Positions 27,097 to 39,590 are shown, numbered from the stretch's first letter. The stretch is DNA of 64,000 nt from Candidatus Latescibacterota bacterium (GCA_965248435.1 OZ252100.1:4224001-4288000); one strand, 5' to 3'. Numbers and translations are program-made. Notes: generated by a model from the sequence alone, not told the origin.

Positions 27097-27375
27097 GGGT
27101 TGAGTCCAGCCATCATAGGCCGGGCTTCCTGCTCCTGGTAGTGTAGCTGTTCGAGCTCGACAGGGGGGATATCCCCGATGGGCCCCAGGGGTCGTCTGTT
27201 TGTTGAACCAGTCCACCCACTCGAGTGTCGCGTATTCAACCTGATCGAGGTTGCGCCAGGGCCCTCGTCGACGGATGACTTCGGTCTTGAAGAGTCCGAT
27301 GATCGTCTCGGCCAGGGCGTTGTCGCAGGAGTCGCCGACGCTGCCTACAGATGGCTCGATGCCGGCTTCGGCCGA
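27097..27375 (-). pseudogene. IS3-family transposase 3' remnant, frameshifted
   Basis: Reads GIEPSVGSVGDSCDNALAETIIGLFKTEVI...VEYATLEWVDWFN, shifts frame near 27200, then RRPLGPIGDIPPVELE. Confidence 0.88.
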
Positions 27376-27424
27376 GATCCCCGAGCTCCAGGACGACGAC
27401 CTGAATCCCGACTGATATATTTAA

Positions 27425-27474
27425 TGAGTGGAAAGGTTGAGTGGAAAGGTTGAGTGGAAAGGTTGAGTGGAAAG
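27425..27474. repeat. Tandem repeat of 13 bp, about 3.8 copies
   Basis: TGAGTGGAAAGGT at 27425, 27438, 27451 and partial at 27464. Confidence 0.95.
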
Positions 27475-27520
27475 ATGACTATAGGAGTATCGAAAAAACA
27501 ATATGTTATAAGTAAAATCC

Positions 27521-30500
27521 GATTCCATCACGGGCATGGTAAGTTTGTCCGGTACTTCCGACAATGCCGTTTATTACGTCTATATACTGGCGGATCCGGC
27601 CCCGGGAACCGTCCCCTCCAACCGGCAGTTTGGGGGCAGTACGAAGAAGGGCTTCGATCCGACGACATTCGGGGCTTTCACCGGTGGCGTTTTTCTTGGC
27701 CGAAGCGGTCCCCTTCTCGTGACCCATGCTCCGGAATTCGTGGTGGTGGGGTGGGATTATGACGACGATACAGGGGACGATTTCGACAACACAGGCGTGA
27801 TACAGGTCCCAAGTGACATCATCAACATGGTCGCCATTGACGCGAATCGGAAGGACAACCGGAATATTACGCTAGATTCGGGGGCCTTCTTCGAGAAGGG
27901 GGCCGCGTTCGTCAGTCTCAACAGCGGACTCACACCTTCCCCGACGACGTCCGTGGACCTGCTGTGGCTCGCGCAGGATGACGACAATCCCTCTGACTTT
28001 GAGATGAGGATCTTCCTCTCGACAACGGGTGGACTCACCGTGGCCGATTTGGTTGGCGCGGGCCTCGACAGCTTGACAAACTCCATAGTGGTAGCAGGCT
28101 CGGACACGTTGAACATTGAAAATCGAGGGATATCATTCGTTGCACTTGAGCGGGATTCGCTCACCAATCTCGTAACCTCCTTCACACCCAGGGGGGACTA
28201 CTTCGTCTACTACGCGGCCACCGATGGGAATGATGACCATCGTGTCGTCTCTCAAGTGCTCAACGATCCCTTTATTGCAAGTCCGACGGCATCGGTCCTG
28301 TCCGTCAGGCACGCGCCGAACCTGTTCGTAGACAATTTTTCGTTGAACGACTTCGACGGTACAGGTGACGGAGATTTGGACGTCATTACCGGCATCGACG
28401 TGTCTCAGATGTTCATAGATGCTGACGGAAAGGATCTGCGCTTAGGTCCTGCCCAACGAGCGATTACGATTTCGTGGGGTGAGCTTGGGCTGCCCGGGGA
28501 CTCCGACGTGGACGACGATGCGACAATCGAGATCTATTTCAGTACCCGGTCGGACTTCAAGGATGTAAGGGGGAGCATCGCCTTCACAAGCGGAAACTCG
28601 AACGGGGACGATCTCCTCGCGACAATATCTCAGGGAAATTCAGATACGCACAAGATCGGTCAGACCCGAGAGGACCCTGACGGACAGTTCGACAACCAGT
28701 TGACCTGGGATCTCTGGAGCTACGTTTCTCCGGAGGGAACCATACCCAGTACAGGCGTGCGATACTTTCTCTACGCCCGTATGTCTGGGGGAACCACGAC
28801 CCGCCTGATCTCTTTGACGCGATTTGGTGTGCTGGACAATACCGGCACGTCAATGGCCGTCAGTATCCAGCATCCACCCTTTATCAGGCCGATTGAGCCT
28901 GCCCGTGACATCACGGCCACGATGAATCAGCCGGTCCTGATCTCGTGGCAGGCAGTGGATGTGGACAACCAGGAGGCAGATGGACTTGCCGCTATACCAG
29001 CCAATACGAGCGGCCGACTCGCACCAAACAGCGACACCGCCTCTCCAAACATCCGGATTTTGCTTACTTCAATAGATTGGGGTGAGGTGACGGCCTGGGG
29101 CTCGATTACCGACTTTACTGCGGCTACAGGAAACGTAGACCGATTCTGGGTGGGTAACTCAGGCGACGGATCACTCGTGGAAGAGATCGAGTTGAACGAG
29201 GGCGTAGACAGCTCGTTCGTCTTGTTGGGTAATCGAATGCGCAACAACCTTTTTTCAACGATTACCGGAACGGCAGCCTCGCTATCCACCGGAGACTTGG
29301 CGCTCCAGACGAACGCGGGCGCGGGCGAAACCTATTTCGTTTATCTTGCCATTGATGATGGCCGGGACGAAACCGTAGCGGATGCGGTTGTAGGGGGAAC
29401 GTCGAACACCAGAAACTTTGGGGCCTTCTCTCCGCTGGTAAGGGCGCCTGGAAGAATCACCTTCACGGGCATTGTGCCCACAAACCCGCCGACGACGACG
29501 AGGTTCATCGTCCCAGCCCGGATGCAAACTGTGATGGGAGAAGTGGTCCTGTATCCTATTATTCCCGACGTCCTGATTCCGAACAAGCAGATCAACGTCG
29601 TGGATATCTTCATCTCTGTCGATGCAGACAAGTTCGAGGCCGTGGACCTGGATGCGAGCACAGCCGGTGTCCAGCCGTCTTCCTTGGGCGATAACTCACA
29701 GATCACCTCCTCGAACGTCAGCAGTCAGCAATTGTGCAGGCAGACAAGTTAATTCTGGACTTCATATACACGGATGTGACGAGCGGCTTGACCTTCTTCA
29801 ATGGCGAAGAGCCACTTGCGCTTGCCAATCTTCGGACCAAGGTCGTTACCGAGAGTGCAACCGTAAACACTACGATTACCCTCGACAACAGCGGCAATCG
29901 AATAACCAAGATGCTGGACTCGGTGAATGTAGACGTCGCGGCGTTCGTGCCACAGCCGACATTTGTGATATTGAACCGTCGTACGCAAATATCCGGGAAG
30001 GTGCCGCTCCAGGGACGGACAAGTTCCGCGGACCTGGTCACCTTCATGCTGCGTCCAGTCGGGAGTTACGAGAGTCTACCGGATTCGCTTTTCAAATTGA
30101 ACGATGTCGACCCGGATAGATTCGGCGTGCAGGTCCCCACAACCGACTTTGACGGCAAGTTTACGCTCGTCAACGTTCCTTCAGGTATCTTCATTCTCAC
30201 AGCGGCCGCTCAGCGGCACCTTACAGGGCACGATACGATCTACGTGAAGCCGGGGCTGGACATTACGGATCTGCTACCGACTCGAGACGGGGACGGCGTT
30301 CAGCGGACTGCACTGCTGGCGGGGGATGCCGCAGGGTTCGAGGACAGTACCGGAGCGAGCCTTCCAGACAACGCAATCGGAAACCCCGACGTCAATGCAA
30401 TAAACGCCGCCATCTTTTCACAGCCAGGAGATACGAACTTCGACGCATTCGCCGACATCAACAGAGATAACATTGTTAACGCGACGGACAAAGACTTCGC

Positions 30501-31788
30501 GACTGCCAATCAGACCGATAATACGGGTACGGTCGGCAGAATTCGACCCGTCTTCCCCGTTTTCAAGGGAGCCGGACCGACCACAGACAATCGGGAGGCC
30601 ATTGTTACCCTGGTGGACCTCCCCAACAGGGAAATCCGGGCAGGAGAAGCGTTCGACGTCACCGTCCAGGTGAGCGGTGCCAGGGCAGTACGAACCTACG
30701 AAGTCCACCTTGGATTCGACTCGACCAAGGTCGCAGTGGAGGGACTCTCATCCCACGGGTCGTTCCTTGGCAACTATCTGTCGGACATGGTCGTAAGGGT
30801 GTTTGACGGAGAGGTCGGACTGGCCAACTCCATCATTGGCCTCACGCCCGTTGGCGCGTCCGGGGAAGGAACGCTTGCAACCATTCGGTTCCGTGCGCTC
30901 AAGCGCTCGACGGAAACACACCTGAAGTTGAACAGTGCGGTGCTGATAGATGTAGATCACGTGGGCGTCAGTCCGAAGGTGAATGGGGAGGCCACGATCA
31001 TCATTTCCAAGGATCCGATCGTCTACCACGACGCTGAGGGCAAGGAGATCCGCGGGCTCATCATACCGGAAGCGGATCCCAAGGTCGACTTCAACGATTT
31101 CATGGTCTTGGTGGAGGCATTCGGATCGAACGTCGGAAGTCCTGCTTTCGATCTACGCGCAGACCTGAATGCCGACGATCGCGTGGACTTCAGTGACTTT
31201 CTCATCTTCACCTTCGACTTCGGCAAGATCGCTGTGGACGCACCAGCGTCGGCTCGTCCCAACAAACCGGCGACGCCAACAGGCGTGAATGGGGCCGCCA
31301 GGATGTCGTTGAAGCTTGAAGAAGGATCAAAAGACGGCCAGCTGGTGAGATTGACCGCGGGACTGTCACGCGCTCGAGCACTTCAGGGCTGGGGACTCAC
31401 ATTGAGATATGACCCCAGCAGATTCGAGTTCCTCGAGGCCGTTCGGCCCGAGAAGGATTTGCTGGAGGTTGCGGGAGCCAGCGCGTCCCTGTTGCTCGTC
31501 CACCAGGAAGCGGCCGGGGCAGTCACGCTTGCGGGTGCCATCAGCAGGGGAACGGCTGCATCCGGAACGGGGGACCTGGCCGTTCTGATCTTCCGATCTC
31601 GTGCTGCCTCAACCCGGGATGCGAAGTTTGAGCTTTACGAGGGAGTCTTATTCGATCCAGACCACCTTCCCAATCATGCCCACGTCACTCAGAATCTGGC
31701 AGTTCAGCAGGCTTCAATACAACAGACGCGATCAGGCCGCTCTATACGGAGCCTGAATCTAGAGTCCGGAATTTTTTCTTCGCCTTGA
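27521..31788 (+). pseudogene. Truncated, frameshifted second copy of the 1710-aa cohesin/dockerin-like gene
   Basis: Lacks the first ~288 codons including the signal peptide; 1-bp loss near 29719 (GTCAGCAG versus GTCCAGCAG) splits it into ORFs 27536-29752 and 29734-31788. Confidence 0.9.
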
Positions 31789-31815
31789 GAAGTTAACGCA
31801 AACGGCAGGCCGAAT

Positions 31816-31853
31816 GAAAAACGCCCCCGGGAGAGATCCCAGGGGCGTTTTTC
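31816..31853. terminator. Bidirectional terminator (copy 2)
   Basis: Same hairpin as 10841-10878. Confidence 0.85.
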
Positions 31854-31901
31854 GTAACCTCACGGCCACGCGGACATCTCCGCGCAGGATTCAGACAGAC
31901 G

Positions 31902-32765
31902 TCACCGGTCGAATTTTTTTTCGAGGACGCTCTGAACTTCGTATATAGTCCCACGTCGCACGGCGGGTGGGAGCGGCATCCGGACCGGGACTGCCGCGAC
32001 TCTTGGCTGGATGGTCGCCTTCCCACGAACGACCCCCTCCATGTATCCTTCCCAGGTCTCTATCCTTCCTGTGATCGGCCAAAGTGGCCAGGCGTCTGTT
32101 GCACAATACTGATACAGCAGAAGACGACGAGATTTGGAGGAGGTGTTTGGAGCTGAAGCGTGAAGCAAGCGAACGTGATGTATGGAAATTCCCCCCGCCT
32201 TGAGTTCGATCGGGACTGCCCCGCTTGACGAGAAGTCAGGTTCCGTGACCGCTCCTGCAAAGAAGCCGTCCAGATGGTGGTCATAAATGCGTTCCTTGTG
32301 CGATCCGGGCAGCACCAGCAGGCATCCGTTCTCTTCCGTCATATCGTCGATCGCAATTCCGACCGCGAGCAGGTCGTCATTCGTGTGTGGATAGAAGGCC
32401 CAGTCCTGATGCCATTCCACCGGACTTCCGACGTCGGCAGACTTCATGTTGAGCTTCTGACCGTTCATGCGAAGATTTGGGCCGATCAACTGAGAAACGA
32501 GGTCGAGGATGCCGTCATGACGCATCACACGGTCATAAAGCGGGTGATGCTTGGATGGGTCCTTCAGTCGGCGCAGCTGCGGCTGCTCCGGAGTGTGGCC
32601 CGGTTCCAGGTCGAAGACGCCGTCATTTTCGGTGACCTGGCGCGACCGTTCTACAATTTCGTCCGTAACCTTACGCAGTTCATCAATTTCTTCGCCCGAC
32701 AGGACGCCTTCCACGCCTAGGTAGCCGCTGGTGTGATAGAAGTCAATTTGTTCCTGACTGAGCAT
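31902..32765 (-). CDS. PhyH family dioxygenase (copy 2)
   Basis: Paralog of 10927-11790; start placed at MLSQEQ. Confidence 0.92.
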   Translation of the reverse strand: MLSQEQIDFYHTSGYLGVEGVLSGEEIDELRKVTDEIVERSRQVTENDGVFDLEPGHTPEQPQLRRLKDPSKHHPLYDRVMRHDGILDLVSQLIGPNLRMNGQKLNMKSADVGSPVEWHQDWAFYPHTNDDLLAVGIAIDDMTEENGCLLVLPGSHKERIYDHHLDGFFAGAVTEPDFSSSGAVPIELKAGGISIHHVRLLHASAPNTSSKSRRLLLYQYCATDAWPLWPITGRIETWEGYMEGVVRGKATIQPRVAAVPVRMPLPPAVRRGTIYEVQSVLEKKFDR

Positions 32766-32979
32766 CCGAGATCTCCCCTGAACGATGTCGATTCTCAACG
32801 TCGAGTAATTAAGATAAGGATCTGTATCCGACCGATCAAGGATTTCTGAGCAGATCAAAGGATTTGTATCTAGCATCTCGTAGCTGATGAGGGACCCAAA
32901 GATGAATTGACACGGGCAGGACCAGGAATTATTATTTTCGCCATAGAGACGCACTGCAAATCCGACGAGAGATGTAGAA

Positions 32980-34629
32980 ATGGCCGATCCCAAATTCGCT
33001 GATGGAAGTGCTTCCATCGATCCGAATGTGCCAGTTCAGGCCAGCAGCACGGGCTCCTGGACGATTACGTTCCGCGTGGGAGGTGAGACGATATCACCTG
33101 GCAGCGCGATCCTGATTTCTATTCCTCAGGGATTTTCCCCTCCTCAGATCGATAATCCGGAAGCTCCCGGATATGTGCGCGCACAGGCCGTCCACTCTGA
33201 AGCCTGCCTGGTTCCCAGAATCGAAGCCCAATCCGAAGATGGATTGGATCTGTACAGAGGGCAGGACAGCAGCCCCGGAGTTCTCCTCCTGGTGGAGCGA
33301 GCACCGCTCAAGCCCTCAGACAGGTTGAACGTCGTCTACGGGGCAGGTCCTGGAATGGCGTTTGTCTCTCCCTATGCGGGCCCTGCATCGTTTCAGGTCT
33401 TTGTTTGTTCTGAAGGACGAGCATTTCCGGAGCGCTTCTTTCCGATTCGGGAGTTCCCCACGATTGATGTAAAGAGCAGGGATCCGAGTCACTTTGAAGT
33501 TACGGCCCCTTCGACAGCTGAGCCGGAAACGGCTGTGGCACTCCGCGTTGTCCCTCGGGATGACCTGGGAAATCGGTGTACCGGATGGAGCGGTTGGCTC
33601 GATGTCGAATCAAATGCCCGGGGCGTTCGGGCTCCCGTTCCTCGGAAGTATGATGACCCTGAAGGAGAGGGTGTCACGGTAGACGTTGGTCTGTCCGATG
33701 TGTCTGATGGTCCCGTTCGGGTTTCTGTTCGAGAATCCGAAACCGGGCTGCGCGGCCGGAGCAACCCGATCGTGATCGGTGAACCCGGTCCTTATTGGGG
33801 TGACCTTCACGCTTGTATCCCTGATGACAAAGACTCCCAATCTACTCTGGACTTTGAGCTCGGTGTCGGCCCCAGCCCGACAGTCCAAAAAACCTCGTTC
33901 TATTTCCAGGCTGAAGGAGCTGGAGGGCCGGGCTTTCTCAGATTCTCCCTGCCGGACTCAGAGAGTGATGAGATGCAGCCCTCACATCTCCTGGAGATCT
34001 ATTCGTGCTGGGGTAATCGTGAGCTCTGGGGAGGCCGCCGACCGGACATTCGCCTTGACCGTCATCCGGACCGAACTGTTCAGGCCGTACTGGCTCAGGG
34101 CATCATTGCAGGCTTTTCTGCCGGCAGCAACAGTCGGTTCGGTTTAGCAGGCGACGCAAGGCGCGCCGAGGCCGGGCGTGGATATCCGGGAGGACTGACG
34201 GCGGTCTACGCGCCATCCCTGACGCAGAATGCGCTGTTTACCGCTTTGAGACAGAGGCGGTGCTATGCCACGACGGGTCCGCGAATCGCCCTTCAAGTCC
34301 TGGTCAATGGCCACGAAATGGGAACTCAGGTGGATGTGGGCCCCGAAGATGGTGATGTGCTTAGGGAACGACACATCATGGCCAAGGTGCACGGTACGGC
34401 CGAGGTAGACCGGATAGAGATTGTCCGCAACAATGTCGATGTCTGCACATTCCGGGGCGATGCGGAAGACGTTACATTCGAATGGACCGATCAGCAGGAA
34501 CTCTCGCGAATCGCGCTTCCCCGTCCCTTGCGCGGTGGCACGCTCACCTGCTATTACTTTGTGCGTGTTTCCCAGGCAGACGGCGAAATGGCCTGGTCCA
34601 GTCCGGTCTGGTTCGTTCTGAGGACTTAG
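32980..34629 (+). CDS. DUF3604-like protein (copy 2)
   Basis: 549 aa, about 11 residue differences from copy 1 by eye. Confidence 0.75.
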   Translation: MADPKFADGSASIDPNVPVQASSTGSWTITFRVGGETISPGSAILISIPQGFSPPQIDNPEAPGYVRAQAVHSEACLVPRIEAQSEDGLDLYRGQDSSPGVLLLVERAPLKPSDRLNVVYGAGPGMAFVSPYAGPASFQVFVCSEGRAFPERFFPIREFPTIDVKSRDPSHFEVTAPSTAEPETAVALRVVPRDDLGNRCTGWSGWLDVESNARGVRAPVPRKYDDPEGEGVTVDVGLSDVSDGPVRVSVRESETGLRGRSNPIVIGEPGPYWGDLHACIPDDKDSQSTLDFELGVGPSPTVQKTSFYFQAEGAGGPGFLRFSLPDSESDEMQPSHLLEIYSCWGNRELWGGRRPDIRLDRHPDRTVQAVLAQGIIAGFSAGSNSRFGLAGDARRAEAGRGYPGGLTAVYAPSLTQNALFTALRQRRCYATTGPRIALQVLVNGHEMGTQVDVGPEDGDVLRERHIMAKVHGTAEVDRIEIVRNNVDVCTFRGDAEDVTFEWTDQQELSRIALPRPLRGGTLTCYYFVRVSQADGEMAWSSPVWFVLRT

Positions 34630-34835
34630 GCTCGACTGTGCGTATGTCGTGCTACGAGGGGGTAAGAAGGATGCTAAAGGAGGGATAAGAGGTAGTCAGA
34701 CAAGCCTTTATGGTTGACATGGGTTTCTCGATGGACTAATTTCTCATAGAGAGTCTACTCGAATTCTTAGACGGCCTGCAGTCTCCAATGGGCCCGCGAA
34801 AGCGGGGGGTCTGTGGGCTCGCGTGGACAGTTTTG

Positions 34836-35876
34836 ATGCCGGCATTTGTCTCCAGGTTTTCACCGAGTCGAATCGCAGGAGCGAACTTCCAGGGCCTTCG
34901 CGCCCGAGTGGATGGGCAGGAGGGTCGCGGTCGGATTGGGGCGTCGAATCGGGAAAGGAGGGTGGAGACCCGGGACCGCGATGAAGATTTCCTCGAGCGG
35001 ATCAGAGGAGGCGGAGAGCGTGAGGACCTTCTTGTCAGAAACCAGCTTGGCGAACTGGTTCGTTCGCGGCTTCAAGAGAGGGTTTCCGGGCAGCGAGGGG
35101 GTGCTGGGACAAGCGGTGAAGATGAAGACGACGGAGTTCAAAGGGCAGAAACGGGGTCTCGGACGAGAACATTGCCCGGCGTCGGCACCACAAGGACCCG
35201 TGCAGATGACGAAATTGACCGGCCCGGCCGCCTGGGTACGGACCCTGCCAATCCTGCCATCCAGAGCCAGCTAGATCGCTTCGCCAGTTTGCGTTCCGCA
35301 GCACGCGGGAGTTCCACGCAATCTCGGCAGGATGCCAGCGCCGCCGCGACATTGACCGGCCTCTTAGGCCTTCAGGCACAACGACCCTCTGGCTTAGACC
35401 AGGCACTCGATGCGCAGACGAGGGGGGCCGCTGACCGAACCGGACCGGCTCGAGGTGGAACAACGACTGGGTCGGACGAGAGGGGTGGGGGTGGAGTCGA
35501 AACGGAACCTACAGCCGAGGAGATCAGCAGGGCGAACACGACTCCTGAGATCCGAGAGAATCTTCAATCAGAGGTTCGGGGAGTAGAGCGGGGCCTTCGG
35601 CGGGACGCTGCAGAGCAAGCTCGAGTAAACACCCGGAATACTGCAGTTGCGGCCGGTGAAGCCGCTGAGGCCCGCAGGGGGCGGGCGGTTAGCTCGAATC
35701 GGGGCGAGATTCAAGCACTTCAGTCGGGGAAACGCAAACTTGAAGCGGGGATTCGCGAGACACAGCGTGAGATCAGGAATCTGGAGAATTCGAACCGCCG
35801 TTTGCAATCAGGGGCAAATCGAGCCACCACCAGGGCGGCCGCAGCACTGGGGTCTAATGTAAATCTGGTCACGTGA
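34836..35876 (+). CDS. Low-complexity coiled-coil protein (copy 2)
   Basis: Paralog of 13861-14901. Confidence 0.7.
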   Translation: MPAFVSRFSPSRIAGANFQGLRARVDGQEGRGRIGASNRERRVETRDRDEDFLERIRGGGEREDLLVRNQLGELVRSRLQERVSGQRGGAGTSGEDEDDGVQRAETGSRTRTLPGVGTTRTRADDEIDRPGRLGTDPANPAIQSQLDRFASLRSAARGSSTQSRQDASAAATLTGLLGLQAQRPSGLDQALDAQTRGAADRTGPARGGTTTGSDERGGGGVETEPTAEEISRANTTPEIRENLQSEVRGVERGLRRDAAEQARVNTRNTAVAAGEAAEARRGRAVSSNRGEIQALQSGKRKLEAGIRETQREIRNLENSNRRLQSGANRATTRAAAALGSNVNLVT

Positions 35877-35919
35877 ATAGGATCGTATATCGTAGGTCCA
35901 TCGTAATTCAATAATGAAG

Positions 35920-35949
35920 AAGGGCGGCGCTTAACGCGCCGCCTTTTTT
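35920..35949. terminator. Intrinsic terminator (copy 2)
   Basis: Same stem as 14945-14974, with one loop change. Confidence 0.8.
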
Positions 35950-35974
35950 AGTAGGAGTGAAATAAGGTTCGACG

Positions 35975-37060
35975 TCAAGACCTCAACTGAAGCAGGGTCT
36001 GCTTAACCTCGTCTGAGCTCTTGGATTCGATCACGGCAACTCCCTGTTTTTCGCAGAATCCCTGGATCTGCGGGGGTGCTGACTTGGTGAAAAGGAGAGC
36101 CAAAGGGGGGTGATTCGGCGTCTTCAGCAACATCTGCAGGAAGGAGAGCCTTTCTTTCGCGTCCTCTTTGCCTCCAGGGTGAATCAGAATCACGTCGTAA
36201 TTCTTGGCCTGGGCAATGGCGCCCGCGGTCGTGGACTGCGTTTTCATCTCGATGTCATCGCCGAATGAGTTTCGGAGTGTGGTCCCCGTATTGCGGTCAC
36301 CAACGAAAAGGACCTGGACGGCCCTTTCATCGAGGGGATCCTTCCGAAACGCGTCGGGATTTCGGAGCCGTTCAAGCATACGTAGAAAGCGCTTATGCCG
36401 AACCACGATTTCTTCCGGATCGGATTTGGGTGTGTATGAAATATCTCCCACGGACAGGGCCTCTACGCGAAGCTCTGGTGTGGGTGCCATCTGGACGTGT
36501 ATATACCCTGGATAATCGCCCTGAAGCAGTCGCGCGTACGATTGCCTCCGATACAGGGTATAAACCAGGCCTGTTCCTTCTGGGTCCTTTTCCTCTGTGA
36601 GGGGATCCCACTCGACTTCCGCGTCGTTCAGGATTCCGGAGAGGGTATGGAGCGGAGCTTCCTCCTCTTCCGTGTCTCCGTCCAGCAGGACGCGCGTGTG
36701 GGCCGGTTCCGGGACTTCCTCGGTCATCCTCAAAGTCATGTTCTGCATACATTGCACGCGGCGGATGATTTCGTCATCCGGCATGTCGGTAGAGACGAAC
36801 TCATCCGCAATTTCCAGCAGATTGCCTCCCAGGGTCTGGGTGCTTGTCACCAGGATCTGGGGGAGCGTAGGGACCATGCCCTCCACCTGGTGAACGAGGT
36901 CTTCTCCCGCCGCCAGATCGATCAAGACGCATCCCGTATCTGGACGCTGATTCCCCAGCTCGTCCGAGTCGATTCCTTCACCGGTGAGCAGCTGAGAAAT
37001 TCTCTTCATTGCGGCGCCTTCCCGTTCACCCCCCACCCGATAGACCTGCATGTACCCCAT
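35975..37060 (-). CDS. Receiver-like hypothetical protein (copy 2)
   Basis: Translation appears identical to 15000-16085. Confidence 0.7.
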   Translation of the reverse strand: MGYMQVYRVGGEREGAAMKRISQLLTGEGIDSDELGNQRPDTGCVLIDLAAGEDLVHQVEGMVPTLPQILVTSTQTLGGNLLEIADEFVSTDMPDDEIIRRVQCMQNMTLRMTEEVPEPAHTRVLLDGDTEEEEAPLHTLSGILNDAEVEWDPLTEEKDPEGTGLVYTLYRRQSYARLLQGDYPGYIHVQMAPTPELRVEALSVGDISYTPKSDPEEIVVRHKRFLRMLERLRNPDAFRKDPLDERAVQVLFVGDRNTGTTLRNSFGDDIEMKTQSTTAGAIAQAKNYDVILIHPGGKEDAKERLSFLQMLLKTPNHPPLALLFTKSAPPQIQGFCEKQGVAVIESKSSDEVKQTLLQLRS

Positions 37061-37220
37061 TTTGTGCTTCCTCCTTGAGGGGTTCACCCATCCAAAGGAA
37101 CCCTAATTCCTGGCCAGAAAATACATACGCTACAGCGCGCACGCAAGGAGAAATCACGTGATCCGGATTCGGGGCATGGCCACTGGACCTAGAAGCCGTA
37201 GTATAGATAAATCGACTGCC

Positions 37221-37247
37221 GTAGAGACGCCCCGTTGTGGCGTATCC
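37221..37247 (+). repeat. GTAG-type REP-like palindrome
   Basis: GTAG followed by AGACGCC...GGCGT imperfect hairpin. Confidence 0.45.
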
Positions 37248-37316
37248 CTTCTGATTGGGATCCCAGCTTGACATTTATTCGGTCCGCGTCCATCTTTCTC
37301 GAGTTCAATATCGATT

Positions 37317-38372
37317 GTGACGCGAGGTTGTCAGTTGTATAAGATCTTACTAATCACTATCATCTCAACCCTGATCCTCTCCTGTACCAACGGTAACGGA
37401 GAATCGGATTCAAGGGACCTGGACCACCCGTTTCGCGTGATTATGGTGATGGACATGGCCGGGCTGGGCGACAGGGGATTCAACGACGCGGGATGGGCCG
37501 GGGTTGAGCGAGCTGTCCGTGAATTGAATGTAGAAGGTCACTATCTCCAGTCGAACGAACAGGCAGATTACGTGCCGAACCTGAGCCTGGCGGCTCAACA
37601 GGCCGAAGTGGTGGTGGCTATGGGATTCTTGATGATCGACGCGCTGAAACGCGTCGCTCCGCTGTACGGGCAAACGTCATTCATTTTTGTAGACGGTGAG
37701 GTTCAAGGCGAGAATGTAGCGAGCTACGATTTCAAGGCTGAAGAAGCCGCATATCTCGCGGGCATCATCGCGGCTATGACATCCCGCACAGGGAGCGTAG
37801 GGACCGTGCTCGGGATGGACATCCCTCCGGTAAGGGCCTACGAGGCAGGATTTCGGGCTGGGATTCTCACCGTAAACCGACTGGAGCGAAAAGAGGTAGA
37901 CTACCTGTCCGTGACCGTGGGCGACTTCAACAATCCGTCTCGCGGAAAATCCCTTGCCCAGGGTCTGTTGGGGCAAGGCGCAGACGTGCTTTTGCAACTC
38001 GCGGGTAACTCGGGGTTGGGTGTGATCGAAGCGGTCAGGGAATCGAGTGAGAACTGCTGGGCCATTGGGGCGGACCTGGATCAGGACGATCTCGTGCCAG
38101 GGCGAATCCTGGTGAGCATCCTTAAGCGGATCGACAACGCAGTGTTCGAGGCCATTCGAGACGCAAAAGAGGGTCGGCTCCATCCGGGGCATCGATGGGT
38201 CGGGATCGCGGAGGACGCGACCGGCTTGACTGAGATGCGCCACACAAGAGACGAGGTACCCGGGCGTGCGCTCGAGATGATTGGACGGGCAGAGTTGATG
38301 ATTAGAGAGGGGAGGCTTCAGATTCCGTCGCGAATCAAAGACCTGGAGACTTTTGAGGTTCCTGAGATTTAG
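37317..38372 (+). CDS. BMP/PnrA-family ABC substrate-binding lipoprotein
   Basis: Lipobox ILSC; GLGDRGFND, AYLAG, AIGADLDQ, SILKRID. Confidence 0.92.
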   Translation: MTRGCQLYKILLITIISTLILSCTNGNGESDSRDLDHPFRVIMVMDMAGLGDRGFNDAGWAGVERAVRELNVEGHYLQSNEQADYVPNLSLAAQQAEVVVAMGFLMIDALKRVAPLYGQTSFIFVDGEVQGENVASYDFKAEEAAYLAGIIAAMTSRTGSVGTVLGMDIPPVRAYEAGFRAGILTVNRLERKEVDYLSVTVGDFNNPSRGKSLAQGLLGQGADVLLQLAGNSGLGVIEAVRESSENCWAIGADLDQDDLVPGRILVSILKRIDNAVFEAIRDAKEGRLHPGHRWVGIAEDATGLTEMRHTRDEVPGRALEMIGRAELMIREGRLQIPSRIKDLETFEVPEI

Positions 38373-38457
38373 AATCAGTCCAGAGTCAAGAGTCGAGAGC
38401 AGAAGCTGCGAGCGATGTGGGAATGGGGCTTAATGGCCGTAGCAACTGTCTTGGGTG

Positions 38458-39590
<1,133 letters not shown>

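Larger units (their letters stand above)
27521..37192 (+). repeat. Copy 2 of the ~9.7-kb diverged direct repeat
   Basis: Begins at GATTCCATCACGGGCATG (copy 1 GATTCTATCACTGGAATG) and ends at GGACCTAG. Confidence 0.97.

Noticed and set aside
27178-27453. 91-aa plus-strand ORF
   Set aside because: Antisense shadow of the IS3 remnant
29700-29752. Programmed frameshift in copy 2 of the large gene
   Set aside because: No slippery run; it is a single C loss relative to copy 1 in an already truncated gene, and could also be a sequencing error
32766-33017. N-terminal extension of PhyH copy 2 in the ORF track
   Set aside because: Copy 1 has a stop in this frame, and the extension overlaps the divergent gene and its promoter
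6545-37192. Diversity-generating retroelement template/variable repeat pair
   Set aside because: No reverse transcriptase; differences are not adenine-specific and span many kilobases
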